This document shows positions 39,922 to 48,397 of a stretch of 64,000 nucleotides of DNA, in pieces. Both the position numbers and the translations under genes were made by a program. The notes beneath the pieces were generated by a model that was not told the origin of the DNA, made no database searches, and was given only the letters and a program-made list of their open reading frames with translations. Each line of letters starts with the position of its first letter. Within the stretch, counting starts at the first letter, position 1. Source of the stretch: Candidatus Fervidifonticultor secundus (GTDB taxonomy: Bacteria; Sysuimicrobiota; Sysuimicrobiia; Sysuimicrobiales; Humicultoraceae); NCBI GenBank assembly GCA_031459385.1, contig JAVKIP010000007.1:32001-96000 (forward strand). Direction: 5' to 3'.

Positions 39922-40929
39922 TCAGTACTGGATGCGGGGATCGAGGGCCAGGTAGGCCAGGTCCACCAGGAAGTTCACCACGACGTAGACCAGCGAGAAC
40001 AGCAGCGTGATCCCCATGATCGGCTGGAAGTCGAGGCCCAGGATCGCGCGGACCGCGTACGAGCCGATGCCCGGCCACGAGAAGATGTACTCCACCAGGA
40101 ACACGTAGGCGATGAGCGCGGCGGTCTGCAGCCCGACCACCGTCACCACCGGGATCATGGCGTTCCGCAGGGCGTGGTGGACCAGCACCCGGCCCGCGCC
40201 GAGCCCCTTGGCGCGCGCGGTGCGGACGTAGTCGGCGGTCAGCACCTCGAGCATGCTGCTGCGGGTCATGCGCGTGATGACCGCCAGATTGGCCACGGCC
40301 AGGGTCGCCGCCGGCAGGGCCAGGTGGTGCAGGGCCGAGGCGAAGGCGGGCCAGTTGCCAGCCAGCACGCTGTCTACCAGCAGGAGCCCGGTCACCACCG
40401 CAGGCCGCGCCACGGCGTCGCTCAGCCGGCCTCCCGAGGGGAACCACCGCAGCTCTTTGTAGAACACCAGCTGGAAGAGCAGGGCCACGATGAAGACCGG
40501 CATCGAGACGCCCAGGATGGCGAACGCGCGGGTCGCGGCGTCGGCCAGGCGGCCCGCGCGCACGGCGGTGAACACGCCCAGCGCGATGCCCAGCGGTACG
40601 CACAACGCCAGCGAGACCAGGGCCAGCTCGATGCTGGCCGGCAGGAACGCGGCGATGTCGTCGCGCACCGGCCGCTGGTTCAGGATCGACCGGCCCAGGT
40701 CGCCGCGCAGCACGATGCCGGTCACGTAGCGCAGGTACTGCTCGGGCAGCGGCCGGTCCAGGCCCAGGTCGCGGCGGTACTGTGCGATCTGCTCGGCGGT
40801 GGCGTTGAAGCCGGCGGCGGCCGCGGCGGGGTCGGCCGGGATGATGTGCGAGATGGTGAACGTCAGCAACGACATGCCCCACAGCACGAACGCCAGGCTG
40901 ACCAGCCGCCGGACGAGGTAGGGAAGCAC
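39922..40929 (-). CDS. Peptide/nickel ABC transporter permease (DppB-like)
   Basis: YLVRRL, GLDRPL..QY, GDLGRS, DYVRTARAKGL, HALRNA, FSWPGIG, LDPRI. Confidence 0.95.
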   Translation of the reverse strand: MLPYLVRRLVSLAFVLWGMSLLTFTISHIIPADPAAAAAGFNATAEQIAQYRRDLGLDRPLPEQYLRYVTGIVLRGDLGRSILNQRPVRDDIAAFLPASIELALVSLALCVPLGIALGVFTAVRAGRLADAATRAFAILGVSMPVFIVALLFQLVFYKELRWFPSGGRLSDAVARPAVVTGLLLVDSVLAGNWPAFASALHHLALPAATLAVANLAVITRMTRSSMLEVLTADYVRTARAKGLGAGRVLVHHALRNAMIPVVTVVGLQTAALIAYVFLVEYIFSWPGIGSYAVRAILGLDFQPIMGITLLFSLVYVVVNFLVDLAYLALDPRIQY

Positions 40930-40940
40930 GGCCGTCGGGG

Positions 40941-42091
40941 CTAGGCGCGGTCCATGGGCGCGGCGTCGGCGGGCACGTAGGGGATGTCGAACCCGAAGTG
41001 GGTCGGCCCCAGCGCTGCCAGGCCCGCGGGCGTCCGGAAGGCCGGCGCCGCCGCCGCCACCAGCACCCCCACCGCGGCGCCGATGGGAAGGTCGGTGTTG
41101 GTATAGGGCTCGCCCGAGGCGGCGTCGGCCACCATGATCAGGTCCGGGCTGGTGGCGCACGGCCGGTCGTCGAGCCAGGCGATGTGGTTCTCGTTCTTGT
41201 ACCAGATGCGCAGCCGGCCCCCGCGGTGGGCCCCCGTGCCGTCCAGGTGCGTCTCGCCGATCATGTATCCGTCGCGGCTCTCCCACGGGCGCGCGGTCAC
41301 CACGCCGGTGAACAGCACCCGCCCCTCAAGCGCCGCCGCGGCCGCCGCCAGCGGGTCGCGCCCGGCTTCCCGCGCTTCGCGGATCGCCCGCCCCACGGCC
41401 AGCGCGCGGGTCAGCGTCCCTCCCACGGCCACCCGGCGCAGGTCGGCACCTCGCATCAGGTAACCGGCGTGCGCGCAGGTGAGACGCGGATCGGGCAGGC
41501 GGGTGGCCAGGCTGATCATCTTGCCAATCCGCTCGGCCACCGCCAGCTGTGGGCCGCCCGCAGCACCAGGCGGTTGCCCCACGAGTCGCAGATCGCCACG
41601 GGGCAGAGGGGCACGCCGGCCAGCGCCGCGGTAGTCTGCGTCAGTTCCGGCACCGCGCGGCCGGCCAGGTCGGCGTCCACGGCCAGCAGGCCCAGGCGCG
41701 CCGCGGCGTCGAGCGGGCCCGCGGTGTTGCCGGCGCCCAGCTCGAACGGGACGATGGCGGCGATCGCCTGGCCGGTGGCCGCGGCCAGGTCGGACACCGC
41801 CTCAGCTAGCGGCCGGTCAACGGTGACTTCTCCGTAGCCCAGCGCGGCGCGCTCCTGCGCCGACAGCACCGGGGTCGGGGCGATGGAGCCCATGCCGAAG
41901 GTGGTGCACACCCACGCGTCGTCGGCCACCTCGCTCGGGTCGACCCACCCGATCCCAGGCCCCTCCGTCACGTGGGGCAGCAGGTATTCCCGGCCCTTGT
42001 CGGGACGGCCGCCGCCCCCGGTGCCTAGCAGGGTCAGGCCCCGAAGGAGGTCGTTCGCTTCGACGGCCGTCTGGATCCGGTGACGGGGCAT
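40941..42091 (-). pseudogene. DUF917 family protein split by a 1-nt frameshift near 41547
   Basis: N half (42091-41516): LGTGGGG, ELGAGN, DADLAGRAVPEL. C half (to 40941): WYKNEN, TSPDLI, LGPTHFGFD. One extra C in CACAG(C)CTG would join them. Confidence 0.8.
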
Positions 42092-42095
42092 GCCG

Positions 42096-43757
42096 CTACG
42101 CCTCCACCCACAGCGCGTAGAAGTCGGGCGGCAGGTTGAAGAGGAACGGGTGCCACTCGAAGCCGTGCAGCTTCTTCGACCGTCCGAAGATCTGGAAGAA
42201 CTGGGCGCAGAAGATCGCCGGACCGTCGTCGCGCAGCAGCCGCTGCACCTGGGTGTAGTGGGGCCGCCGGCGCTCGCGGTCGGGCACGGCCACGCCCCGG
42301 TCGATCAGCTCGTCGACCTGCGGGTTCCGGTAGAACGTGAAGTTCTGCGCCGTCGGCGGCGTCGCCGTGGAGTGGTAGGTCCGGAACAGGATGTCGTGCG
42401 GGTCGTCGTAGGCGGGGTTGATGGCCCACCCGTACATGTCCGGCCCGCGGTCCAGGGTGGTCAGCGCGCCGAGAAACCCCGCCGCATCGGGCTTGTCGTC
42501 GATGGTGAGGCTGAGGCCCACCTCGGCCAGGTTCTGCTGGAAGATCTGGGCCAGCTGCGGGTAGTAGGGGAAGAACGGCGAGATCGTCTGCAGCACGAAC
42601 GTCTTCTGGGCAGGACCCACCTCCTGGATCAGCTGCTTGGCGCGAGTCAGGTCCCGCCGGAACTGGGGCAGGGACGGGTCGTGGGCCCAGATGCCGCGGG
42701 CGATGGGGCCGTTGGGGATGCGGCCCTTGTTGAGCAGCACACCGCCCACGAAGCTGCTGTAGCCGAAGACCGCGCGCATCGCCTGCCGGAAGCGCGGGTC
42801 GGTGAACGGGCCGCGCATGCGCATCATGATGTGGATCTGCGCGGGCGTGTCGTGCTCCTCGATGGCCACCGCCGGGTGCTTCTTGAGGGCGTCGGCGTCG
42901 GTGATGACGATGCCGTCGGCCAGGTCGGCCTCGCCCGTCTCGAGCATCAGGCGCTGGGTCGCCGACTCACGCACCAGCCGCACGACGATGCGCTCGGCAT
43001 GCGGGCCCTGCCAGCCGCGCCAGTAGGTGGGGTTGCGCACAAACGTGACCTGCTGGCCTCGCACCCAGCTCTCCAGCAAGTAGGGCCCGGTGCCCACGGC
43101 GTTGTCGTTGAGCCAGCGCTGGGCCAGGTCGCCGGCCTGCGCCCGGACCTGCGTCGCGGGGCTGATCATGTAGGGGGCTTTGGCCAGTGCCTCGATGAAC
43201 GGCGCAAACGGCGTCTTGAGGGTGACGCGCACCGTCAGGCGGTCGAGCACGTCGACCCGGTCGATAGCCGGCAGACGCGCCGCCGGCCCCTTGTTCACGG
43301 CCTTGAGGCGCTCGAAGTTCCACCTGGCGGCGTCCGCGTCGAAGGGCGTCCCGTCGGAGAACCGCACGTTGGGCCGCAGGCGGAAGGTGTACACGCGCGC
43401 ATCGGGGGAGGCGCGCCATTCGGTGGCCAGCACCGGTGCGATCCTGGCGCCGCCCTTTCCATCGGGCACGTAGTCGACCAGGGGCTCGTAGACCGGCCGC
43501 TGCGCGTTCTGCGAGTAGATGAAGTCGTTCTGGTGCGGGTCCAGCGTCAGGGTCTCGGTGCGTACCACGAACACCAGCGGCCGCGCCGCCACGCGGGCCG
43601 GGGCCGCCGTCACCGCCAGCGGCTTGAGGAGTCCGGCCAAACCGCTGGTCGCGCCGGCGCCCGCGGCTGCCCCGGCGCCCGCGGCCAGGCCTGCGGCGGC
43701 GGCCGAGCGGGCCAGGAACTGACGTCGGGTCAGCGTGCTGGGGCACCCTACGTTCAC
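42096..43757 (-). CDS. ABC transporter substrate-binding protein, family 5, Tat signal (paralog 1)
   Basis: TRRQFL twin-arginine motif, TLDP, YTFRLRPNVRFSDG, GTGPY; GGAGG RBS before GTG 43757 (alternative ATG 43835). Confidence 0.93.
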   Translation of the reverse strand: MNVGCPSTLTRRQFLARSAAAAGLAAGAGAAAGAGATSGLAGLLKPLAVTAAPARVAARPLVFVVRTETLTLDPHQNDFIYSQNAQRPVYEPLVDYVPDGKGGARIAPVLATEWRASPDARVYTFRLRPNVRFSDGTPFDADAARWNFERLKAVNKGPAARLPAIDRVDVLDRLTVRVTLKTPFAPFIEALAKAPYMISPATQVRAQAGDLAQRWLNDNAVGTGPYLLESWVRGQQVTFVRNPTYWRGWQGPHAERIVVRLVRESATQRLMLETGEADLADGIVITDADALKKHPAVAIEEHDTPAQIHIMMRMRGPFTDPRFRQAMRAVFGYSSFVGGVLLNKGRIPNGPIARGIWAHDPSLPQFRRDLTRAKQLIQEVGPAQKTFVLQTISPFFPYYPQLAQIFQQNLAEVGLSLTIDDKPDAAGFLGALTTLDRGPDMYGWAINPAYDDPHDILFRTYHSTATPPTAQNFTFYRNPQVDELIDRGVAVPDRERRRPHYTQVQRLLRDDGPAIFCAQFFQIFGRSKKLHGFEWHPFLFNLPPDFYALWVEA

Positions 43758-43831
43758 GTTCTCCACCTCCCCGGTATACCCATGGGCGCGACGTCTGCGC
43801 ACGCGTCGCCCCCGTGGGTGGCTGATCTCAC

Positions 43832-44620
43832 TCATGGCTCGCTTGCTGCAGACAGTCCGAGCTTTGGAAAGACGGGAATCGATCGCCCGCCGTCCATCAC
43901 GATGGCGCGTCCGGTCACGACGTCGAAAGCCGGGGAGCAGAGGAGGACCACCATCGTGGCGATTTCAGGCTCGGTCACCAGGCGACCGAGCGGCGTGGCG
44001 GCGATCGCCGCCGCTTTGTACTCCGGGAGCCGATCGGTGCGCGGGCTGGCGATCTGGCTCGGGACCACTGCGTTCACCGTAATGGCGGGCGCCAGCTCCA
44101 GGGCCAGGCTTTCCGTCAGGTGGAGGAGGGCGGCTTTCGCGAGACCGTAGACGGCGTGTGAGCGCACGAACGCGGACGTGGCCCCGAGGTTGATGATCCG
44201 TCCCCACCCCTGCTGGTCCATGCCGGGGGCGACCAGCTGCGCTGCCAGGTAGACTGCCTTGAGATTGGTCGCCATGATGTAGTCCCAGTCGGCTTCCGGG
44301 AGGGCGCGAAACGGCGTGTCGCTGAACGGGCCGGCGTTGTTCACCAGAATGCTGATGGCGCCCACGTCGGCCGTGACGGCGCCGATCAGCGACCGCACCT
44401 CGGCGCTGTGCGCCAAGTCGGCGCGAAACGCCCTAGCCTCGCCGCCTTCGGCCTTGATGGAGGCTACGACGCTCGTGGCGTGCGAGGCAGCGGTGCGGTA
44501 GTGGACGGCGACGCACGCACCGTGCCGCGCCAGGGCCCGGGCGATCGCTGCGCCCGTGCCCCGGGAGGCGCCGGTGACCAGGGCGATCTTGCCTGCGAGG
44601 AACCGGCCCTGCGGCATCAT
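43832..44620 (-). CDS. Short-chain dehydrogenase/reductase (FabG-like)
   Basis: TGASRGTG, LVNNAG, catalytic YGLAK, TG..IVMDGG. Confidence 0.93.
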   Translation of the reverse strand: MMPQGRFLAGKIALVTGASRGTGAAIARALARHGACVAVHYRTAASHATSVVASIKAEGGEARAFRADLAHSAEVRSLIGAVTADVGAISILVNNAGPFSDTPFRALPEADWDYIMATNLKAVYLAAQLVAPGMDQQGWGRIINLGATSAFVRSHAVYGLAKAALLHLTESLALELAPAITVNAVVPSQIASPRTDRLPEYKAAAIAATPLGRLVTEPEIATMVVLLCSPAFDVVTGRAIVMDGGRSIPVFPKLGLSAASEP

Positions 44621-44705
44621 CCGCGTCCCGCCACCGTGGAGGCCGCGAGTCCCGCACCTGCCGGCGAGCTGGAGTCCCCACCCGCCGTGATCGCCCCCGG
44701 TGCCG

Positions 44706-46346
44706 TCATGCTTCGACCCAGAGGGTCCAGTAGTCCACGGGCTGAGCCACCAGGAGGGGATGCGCCTGGAACCCCTGGAGCTTCCGGGAGCGCCCGAGCA
44801 CCAGGAAGAACTGCGCGCAGAACACCGCCGGACCGTCCTCGCGAAGCAGCCGCTGGGCCTCGGCGTAGATCGCGCGGCGCTTCTCCTGGTCGACGATCGT
44901 CGCACCCTGGTCGATCAGCGCATCGACCCGCGGGTTCTTGTAGAAGGTGTAGTTCTGCAGGGTCCCGGCGACAGACGAGTGGTACACGGGGAACAGGAAC
45001 TCGTGAGGATCGTCGAAGGCCGGGTTGACGACCCAGCCGTACATGTCGGGGCCGCGGTCCAGCGTGCGGATGTTTCCGATGAACGTGGCGGCATCGATGA
45101 GGTCGTCGACGCTCAGGGTGAGGCCCAACTCGGCCAGATTCTGCTGGAAGATCTGCGCGAGCTGGGGATAGTACGGGAAGAAGGGAGAAATCGTCTGCAG
45201 CGTGAAGGTACGCTGGCTCGGCGCGACCTCGGCGAGGAGCCGCCGGGCCCTGGTCAGGTCCCGTCGGAACGCCGGGAGCGCGGGGTCGTAGGCCCAGGCG
45301 CCTTTGGGAATCGGCCCGTTGGGTACGCGCCCCTTGTTGAGCAGCGCGCCCGCCACGAAGCTGGTGTAGCCGAAGGCCGCTCGCATGGCCTGGCGGAATC
45401 GCGGGTCGGCGAGGGGACCGCGCATGCGCATCATGATGTGGACCAGCGATGGCGCCTCGACCTCCTCCACCACGACCGCGGGCTGCCGCTTCAGCGGGTC
45501 GACGTCGACCAGCGAGATGCCGTCGGCGAGGTCGGCCTCGCCGGTCTCCAGCAGCAGCCGCTGCGTGGCGGGCTCCCGCACCAGGCGCAGGACGATGCGG
45601 TCGGCATGCTGCCCGCTCCACCCGCGCCAGTAGGTGGGGTTGCGGCTGTAGGAGATCTGCTGGCCGCGGACCCACTGCTCCAGCAGATACGGCCCGGTGC
45701 CTGTGGCGTGGTCGTTGAGCCAGCGCTGGGCGAAGTCCCCCGCCTCCGCGCGGTCCTGCGCCGACGGGCTGATCATGTAGGGGACCTTCGTCAAGGTGGG
45801 AAGGAGCGCGGCAAAGGGCGCCTTGAGCACGAGGCGCACGGTTTGCCGGTCCACCACCTCGACCCGGTCGAGGACGGTCAGGCGCGCTGCAGGTCCCTTG
45901 TTGACAGCCCTCACGCGGTCGAAGTTCCACTTGACGGCGTCGGCGTCGAACGGCGCGCCGTCGCTGAACCGCACGCCGGACCGTAGCCGGAAGGTGTAGA
46001 CACGTCCGCCGTCCGAGACCCGCCACTCCGTCGCGAGCAGCGGCTCGATCCGTGCTCCTCCCTTGCCATCGGCGACGTAGTGCACCAGGGGTTCGTAGAC
46101 CGGGCGCTGCGCCCGCTGGGTGTAGCTGAAGTCGTTCTGCGCGGGATCCAGGGTGATGGTTTCGGTCCGGGTGGCGTAGACCAGCGGCCGCGCCGCCACG
46201 CGGGCCGGGGCCGCCGCCACCGCGAACGGCTTGAGGAGCCCGGCCAAACCGCTGGCCGCGCCGGCCCCCGCTGCCGCGCCGGCGGCGACGGCCGAGCGCG
46301 TCAGGAACTCCCGTCGTGTCAGGGCATCGTGCCGATCGTCCGTCAT
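44706..46346 (-). CDS. ABC transporter substrate-binding protein, family 5, Tat signal (paralog 2)
   Basis: TRREFL, TLDP, YTFRLRSGVRFSDG, GTGPY; highly similar to paralog 1. Confidence 0.93.
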   Translation of the reverse strand: MTDDRHDALTRREFLTRSAVAAGAAAGAGAASGLAGLLKPFAVAAAPARVAARPLVYATRTETITLDPAQNDFSYTQRAQRPVYEPLVHYVADGKGGARIEPLLATEWRVSDGGRVYTFRLRSGVRFSDGAPFDADAVKWNFDRVRAVNKGPAARLTVLDRVEVVDRQTVRLVLKAPFAALLPTLTKVPYMISPSAQDRAEAGDFAQRWLNDHATGTGPYLLEQWVRGQQISYSRNPTYWRGWSGQHADRIVLRLVREPATQRLLLETGEADLADGISLVDVDPLKRQPAVVVEEVEAPSLVHIMMRMRGPLADPRFRQAMRAAFGYTSFVAGALLNKGRVPNGPIPKGAWAYDPALPAFRRDLTRARRLLAEVAPSQRTFTLQTISPFFPYYPQLAQIFQQNLAELGLTLSVDDLIDAATFIGNIRTLDRGPDMYGWVVNPAFDDPHEFLFPVYHSSVAGTLQNYTFYKNPRVDALIDQGATIVDQEKRRAIYAEAQRLLREDGPAVFCAQFFLVLGRSRKLQGFQAHPLLVAQPVDYWTLWVEA

Positions 46347-47026
46347 CTTCCTGCACCTCCTGCCTCGTCCGATCCGCCGGCGAGCACTTCGAGGTAGACG
46401 GCAGGCTCGGCGCCGATCGCCTCGCCCGTGTGCGGGACGTTGGCCGGGATCAGGGCGGCGTCGCCGGGCACGAGCACGTGGGCGTCGTCGCCGACCTGCA
46501 GGCGGAGCCGGCCGCTCAGCATGTGCACCAGCTGCTCCTCGGGGTGCCGCTGCGGGGTGATGGTGACACCGGGGGTCAGGCGCACCAGGATCACGGTCAT
46601 CGCCCGGCCCCGGCGCCGGCGCAGGGCGATCCCGGGGCGCGCGGCGTCCTCGGGCACGTCCTCCCATCGAACGACCACCCCCGGCGGCGCCGGCCCGCCT
46701 GCCAGCGGCGCCGGCGTCACCACCTCCGCCCAGAAGTCCAGCGTGCGCTCGACGAACGCCGGATTCCGCTGGCGGAACCGCTGGAAGCCCGGGGAGGCGT
46801 CCAGGTCCTTCCCGTAGGCCTCGCGATCGGTGACCACGATCTGCTCGATGTAGTCGAAGGGCAGCTGGCTGCGGTCCAGACCGTCGGGCAGGATCCGGTG
46901 CGTCCGGTAGTGGACGATGGTCCGCAACTCTGGCAGGACCGGGTAGTCGTACTCCCGGATGAACCGCTCGTAGGCTGCCGCCGTCACCTCCGGCCGCAGG
47001 CCCACCAGTACGAACCGTGTCGGCAT
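46343..47026 (-). CDS. HapK/REDY-like (EthD-type barrel) domain fused to a cupin domain
   Basis: N-term LRPEV..AAYERFIREYDYP..FDYIE; C-term cupin HPEEQ..GRL..PGD..IPANVPH. Confidence 0.7.
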   Translation of the reverse strand: MPTRFVLVGLRPEVTAAAYERFIREYDYPVLPELRTIVHYRTHRILPDGLDRSQLPFDYIEQIVVTDREAYGKDLDASPGFQRFRQRNPAFVERTLDFWAEVVTPAPLAGGPAPPGVVVRWEDVPEDAARPGIALRRRRGRAMTVILVRLTPGVTITPQRHPEEQLVHMLSGRLRLQVGDDAHVLVPGDAALIPANVPHTGEAIGAEPAVYLEVLAGGSDEAGGAGR

Positions 47027-47045
47027 CGCATCCCTCCGCAGCGCC

Positions 47046-48089
47046 TCAGCCGGCCGGCGAGGCGGTCATCTGCGCCGCCAGGGGCAGCACTTCGCCCGCG
47101 AACCGCTCGATGGTTCGCTCGATGCGGCGGTCGGGGGCCATGGGGTAGAGCATGAACTGCGTGATGCCGGCCCGCTGCATGCGGGCGACGCCGGCGGCTA
47201 TCGTCTCCACCGGCCCGGCGAGGGTCAGGGCGTCGACGAAGGCGTCGGGCACCAGGGGCGCCACCTGCGCCGCCGCGCCACTGAGGTAGCCGTACGCGAA
47301 CCCCGCCACCGCCTGGCGGATCTGCGCCGGCACCTCCAGCCCCGCGGCCACGAACCCGGGAAAGGTCGGCTGCTGGGCGATCAGGCTCACCGCCACCGAC
47401 CGCCGCATCAGGTCCCGCGCCACCGCCGGGTCGTCGTGGATGCAGACGTTGATGCGCGCCACCAGGTCCACGGCGGCCGGGTCGCGCCGCGCGCTGGCGG
47501 CGCCGCGGGCCACGTGCTCTCGGAAGTACGCCAGGGCCGCGTCGGCAACGCAGCCCTGCATGATCGCGCCGTCGGCGACGCGGCCGGCCGTCTCCAGTCC
47601 CCTGGGGGCGTTGCTGGCGACGTAGATGGGGATCTCGGTGCGCGGGGGCGCAAAGTTCAGCTTCGCGCCGTCGGCTGAGACCAGCGCGCCGCGGTACGTG
47701 ACCGTCTCGCCGCGCAGCAGCCCGCGGATCACGTAGATCGCCTCGCGGATGGCGGTCGCAGGCCGCGTGCGCGCGATCCCCAGCTCGCGAAACCCCGACA
47801 CGCCGGCGCCGATGCCGAGCACGGCCCGGCCGCCGCTGAGCTCGTCCAGGGTCGCGATGGCCATGGCGGTGAGCGCCGGATGCCGCGAGTAGGGATCGGT
47901 CACGCACGGGCCCAGGCGCAGGCGGGTCGTGTGCCGCGCGCACAGGGTCAGGCTGGCGTAGACCTCCCGGTAGAACCGCTCGTCAGCATACCAGAGGTAG
48001 TCGAACCCCAGCGCCTCGGCCTGCCCGGCCAGGTCGAGCAGGCGGCCCGGTGGGTGCTCGCCGAGCAGCAGGAGCCCGGTGCGCAGCAT
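47046..48089 (-). CDS. LLM-class flavin/F420-dependent oxidoreductase (Mer-like)
   Basis: AEALGFDYLWYADE, LGPCVTDPYSRHPA, LDELSGGRAVLGIGAG, IPIYVA, ADG. Confidence 0.9.
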   Translation of the reverse strand: MLRTGLLLLGEHPPGRLLDLAGQAEALGFDYLWYADERFYREVYASLTLCARHTTRLRLGPCVTDPYSRHPALTAMAIATLDELSGGRAVLGIGAGVSGFRELGIARTRPATAIREAIYVIRGLLRGETVTYRGALVSADGAKLNFAPPRTEIPIYVASNAPRGLETAGRVADGAIMQGCVADAALAYFREHVARGAASARRDPAAVDLVARINVCIHDDPAVARDLMRRSVAVSLIAQQPTFPGFVAAGLEVPAQIRQAVAGFAYGYLSGAAAQVAPLVPDAFVDALTLAGPVETIAAGVARMQRAGITQFMLYPMAPDRRIERTIERFAGEVLPLAAQMTASPAG

Positions 48090-48397
48090 CACTCGATCGC
48101 CTCCCCCACGAAGTTGTCGGAAGGCTCGATGAACTCCGCGAGCTGCTGGCGCAGGGTCTGCAGCTCGGGGCGGGCGAGATCCTGGCGGTAGGCCTCCAGG
48201 TCGGTGATGTGGATCACCTCGAGGTAGTCGTACCGGACATCGGCCTTCCGCAGGGGCCCCGCCAGACGGTAGTTGGTGTACGAGACGATGCTCGGCAGCC
48301 GTCGCGCCGTGGGGTAGTCGACCTCCCGCACCCACCGCTCGTAGGCCGCCGGCTCGACGCCGGGCCGCAGGCGAGCCAGGAACACGACGACAGGCAT
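48089..48397 (-). CDS. REDY-like/HapK small alpha-beta barrel protein (102 aa)
   Basis: MPVVVFLARLRPGVEPAAYERWVREVDYP..YDYLEVIHITDLEAY; GGAGGA RBS; start and stop overlap both neighbours; hidden at the 3' end of ORF 48089..50569. Confidence 0.8.
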   Translation of the reverse strand: MPVVVFLARLRPGVEPAAYERWVREVDYPTARRLPSIVSYTNYRLAGPLRKADVRYDYLEVIHITDLEAYRQDLARPELQTLRQQLAEFIEPSDNFVGEAIE

